Assembly: GCA_040954595.2 (NCBI GenBank)
Contig: CM082587.2
Coordinates: 5,196,206 to 5,260,205, forward strand
Reading direction: 5' to 3'
DNA length: 64,000 nt
DNA from: Balanoglossus misakiensis
Taxonomy: Eukaryota; Animalia; Hemichordata
The position numbers and the translations under genes are program-made. This document shows positions 60,279-64,000 of this stretch, one piece after another. Positions within the stretch are counted from its first letter, which is position 1. Each line of letters opens with the position of its first letter. The notes below the pieces were generated by a model that had not been told where the DNA came from, searched no databases, and saw only the letters and a program-made list of their open reading frames with translations.

Positions 60279-63200
60279 TTAATACGTTGAATACCCCAAT
60301 CATCAATCCTCCGTTCCATTCTTGACTTACTGACGTGACGTGACACACATCTTTATTACCCACGTCAACTCAGCAGGCATATCTTGCACAGCCTATTGAC
60401 CCGAGAATTATCCATGTCAAATTCCGCGGGAATCCAGTTTCCCTGCCTTTGACCCGATTTCCAAAACAACTACCAGAGACTCGTAACTGTGTCCAGCCAT
60501 TTTACATTTTTTACCCATACAGCTGATCTGATATTGTGTAAAGTTACGCTAACGCAATAAACGGCAACAATTTGTGAAAACAAATCAACAGATTACAAAA
60601 TAATTTACATACTTGTCGGCGACATTATAAAATTTTTACCCTGGGCATTAGTCCCAGCAAAATTATAGACACTGCACTATGGATAGACAATGCTTGCAGG
60701 CTTGGATGACTGTGTCGACTCAAGCCTGTTGTCTCGACTTCATACAGTGGAAACTAACCAGACGTGGTTATAGTTATCAAGTCTGCTGAGAGTTTCAAGA
60801 ACAGACCCTCAACATCCAAAACGGTTCACGGTTGGCTAGATGGCAGTTCAAGGAACTTGAGAGACTGCCTGGTGAGACTGTTGTTGCTGAGTTGTTGTTG
60901 TTGTTGTTGTTGTTGAAAAAAAAGAGGCATCGCCTTATTGCCACCGGATTTCTCAGCCATGTTGTGTGCCTGTGCGAGTGACAACGAGTGAATTTGTGCA
61001 CAGGGCACAAGCACTCGATACCCAAACCACCCCATGTTTCAAAACTCCTGGTTCAGACACACTTCTTGATGCGATGCAGCTGACCTGGCTCACCTCCTGT
61101 CTGTGACACGTGCACATACCAACACCTAAGCACCGGCGCATCCAAACAAATATTCGAGGAAGAGAGAGAGAGAGGTCACAGGGGTCAAACCCGCTGTTTA
61201 AACAGCAGAGATTAGCGCTGACATCGGGGCGTGTACGCTTACCTGAAGATGATACGAGCTGAGTCTGATTGATGGCGACACGAGTCAACACGTCTGATTG
61301 CTTTGCTCTCTAAGCCATATCAGATACGACAAAATAGTTGACAGAGACTGAATGGTTGTTATCACCACAGCCGATGGGTGTATACTGTTGCGTTATCGCG
61401 GATTTTGACAACTCAGAAATGCCACGACGGCGTATACGTGTTACGCAAATCCACGAAAGGAGGTTTTTGAAACAGATAGGCTTCCCATCCACTCAAGTGG
61501 CATATTCAACTTGAGTATAAACAGTACTTTGTACCCTAAAATTGATTTCAGCGGTTACGAAAACATCCAGCAAGATTTCATGTTCATTGTATACTGAGAG
61601 AAATGCATGTGTGTACAGTAAAGGTTGTATCCTGCAGATGCTTGTACAAGGAGCAAGTTGGCCATCTTTTTGCCTCTCATTAAAAACCAAAAACCTTTCA
61701 TCCTCTCCCATTCACTTTCAAACCAAAAGATTTTCTTTGGGTATCCACTGACCCAGTGAACTTGACCTTGTTTCTGAAGTTAACGACCAACAACAGTTAC
61801 ACCCCTTGTGAATTCCAAAAATACTTCAAATACTATTTGGCATCCATCATGCCAACCTTGAAACCCATCCTTTTGTGTTCCTCTCGGTGATGTTCAACCT
61901 TGGTCTAGAATCTAGCCTTGCAGAGAAGAAGACAGAAGCCCCTTACATACACTCTCTGGTACACCTTACTTGACTTTCACAGGGGCACATAAAATGCATC
62001 TCATGGTAAAAAAATATAATGTAGTGGTATCCCCTTGAAGTTAACGCACATAAAGTCTTCTCGAAATGATTGGGTGTAACACTATCACCAAGGAAGGGCT
62101 GCTTGTGTTTACTAGCACTTCCCCCACCTTGACTTGAACCTTGCCCCAATCACTTGAAATCATTGTCTGCGATTGACTTCAAGGGGACACACTACAACAT
62201 TATGTTGCTCCAGATACGGGTGTGCGCATTTATGTTCTCGTATGAAAATCCAACATGGCTCAGCTGGAGGGGGACTCGGTTATGCGCGAGAATGCACGGC
62301 CAGATTCTAAGCCCAGGTCGTCTTGTACTTGGAAGGTTTGTTTTAAATTTGTGTTGGTACGACGTGACCCGAAGTCGCCAGGGCCAGCATGTCCACATTT
62401 TGACGACTGTCTCCGCAAACTGGAGGTTAAACCAGGGATGGCTCCACTGGAGTAATTAAAGTCTCACTCCGACGGACATTGATGAATGCTCTCTGAGGTC
62501 ACCCAAGTATCTATATCAAGCTTGCTAGTTTTGCCCCTTTTTGTTTATCTCACCAAGACTTGGGAGAGGCACTCAAGAGATATACAAGCTAATATAACTC
62601 CCGGTTTTCTTGCCATCTCATTGTTTGGTCAAATAAACGTCTCTCTCTCTTCCCCCAAACAACCAACTCAAAACAGGATACTAAAATGGTAACCAAGGTA
62701 ACCTAGTTGAGGTCACGCATACCATGGTCGTTCTCCAACACCACAACATCCGAATCGAGGAATTAAGGTACATGTAGTATGCGCCTCCGGAACAAATTTT
62801 GAGACGATGGATTTTTAAATTTCACCATGTCTGTTCACAACTACGACGACAAACATAACTCAGCACCTGACGCTCAGTGGGTCAAGTGGCCAGCAGTACG
62901 TGGTCATAAAATTTGATTGATTACGTTTGGCCTGACCTGATCGCCATATCACTGAGATATTCGGCCTACAAAAAAGCCGGTATCTTTACACGTATTCTGC
63001 ACACAAACTGAGTACACAAATTTTAAGTGATGTGCCAAGATAAAAGTGATGAAAGGGAGATATCTACACCAAGTTGCACAACTTGCTTGCAGAATCTCTA
63101 GACTATGATTAATTTTTTTACTTACGAAAAAGCGCCATGCTGGTCAACATTATACATGAAGATCATCTCATGATCTGATAATCTTGCGTCCCTCAATAAA

Positions 63201-64000
63201 AAAATAGTAGGCAAACTACTGTGTAAGTGGTTTTATAATTACCCTATACACCTATGTCAGTATACTGCTAGGAATGATGTCATAAATCTATGCAACCAGG
63301 TACATGTACCAGTTTACTGAGAGTACATGTAAATTACCCATCTCTGTGGCTGGTGCATTCAACGCTGTGGGGTGTCTGATGGTCATATGAAAGAATGAAT
63401 GGCCACAACACTGGACCATCCCAGGAGGTGTGTTATTATTGTACTCCGTTCAACTGACAGTGGATAGAGTTAGGCATACAAATTAAAACTTCGGAGTGAG
63501 TTTCCTAAATAATTATATATACAGAAAGTTTGGTGAATGATGTCATACCATGAGCGCTGTAAAACTCTATTTTCAACTCTAAATCAGGCCATCTGAAAGT
63601 TGTCTGTCGCAGTGCCTGTATACTTTACTCCGGGAACTGTTTATCGAGAGCCTTTTCCTACTCTATTGGCGCATTTTCATTTAAACTACATCACAAAGGA
63701 CTTTTGTCCCCCCTTTTATACAGCCACGACTCGATTCCAGATTGTTGGCAGTGTTACCCGAAATGAGGAGACTACAGCTGGTCTTTTGGGAGAATGAATG
63801 GGGGCCAGCCATTACATGTCATTAAAGAGCTGAATAGCAGAACAGTGTGTGTGGTTGTTCCGAGAGTGGACCTTGTTTATTGCCCGGTCGTGAGATTACA
63901 TGTATCTCTAAAGTGGTTGATAACACTGTTATCCTGGTCGAGTAATGATCACAGGCGAAGGTTCGGACAGGAATGAAAGACCTCAAAGTCAAACGCTGCT

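Noticed and set aside
1-64000. tRNA, rRNA, snoRNA or autonomous transposase/reverse-transcriptase genes
   Set aside because: None recognised by eye. A covariance-model search (Infernal/Rfam, tRNAscan-SE) would be needed to exclude small intronic RNAs.

Overview
Gene-dense, AT-rich eukaryotic DNA from an invertebrate animal. Vertebrate-like exon structure suggests a non-vertebrate deuterostome, but the species cannot be determined from the sequence. Eight protein-coding genes were rebuilt by hand from GT-AG exons: ACADM (5' part, -), SLC44A2/4/5-like choline transporter (+), an ADAMTS-like metalloprotease (+), an intronless SLC35G/EamA transporter (-), CCHCR1 (-), GPCPD1 (+), HYKK-like kinase (-) and laminin gamma (5' end outside the window, -). 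The most unusual element is the ADAMTS-like gene. It has an intact zinc site, but the usual TSR/Cys-rich/spacer module is replaced by one 1-kb exon encoding an acidic tract and 17 DxYGNP repeats that match the plant dehydrin Y-segment motif. It ends in one TSP1 domain, a transmembrane helix and a YxxL tail, so it looks like a membrane-anchored ADAMTS. Also notable: ACADM-SLC44A head-to-head microsynteny, MHC-paralogon gene content, a possible choline-related gene neighbourhood, an alternative SLC44A micro-exon, several MITE families, ultra-short hairpin insertions and strong TACATGTA enrichment. Family assignments rest on recalled motifs; no database searches were run.
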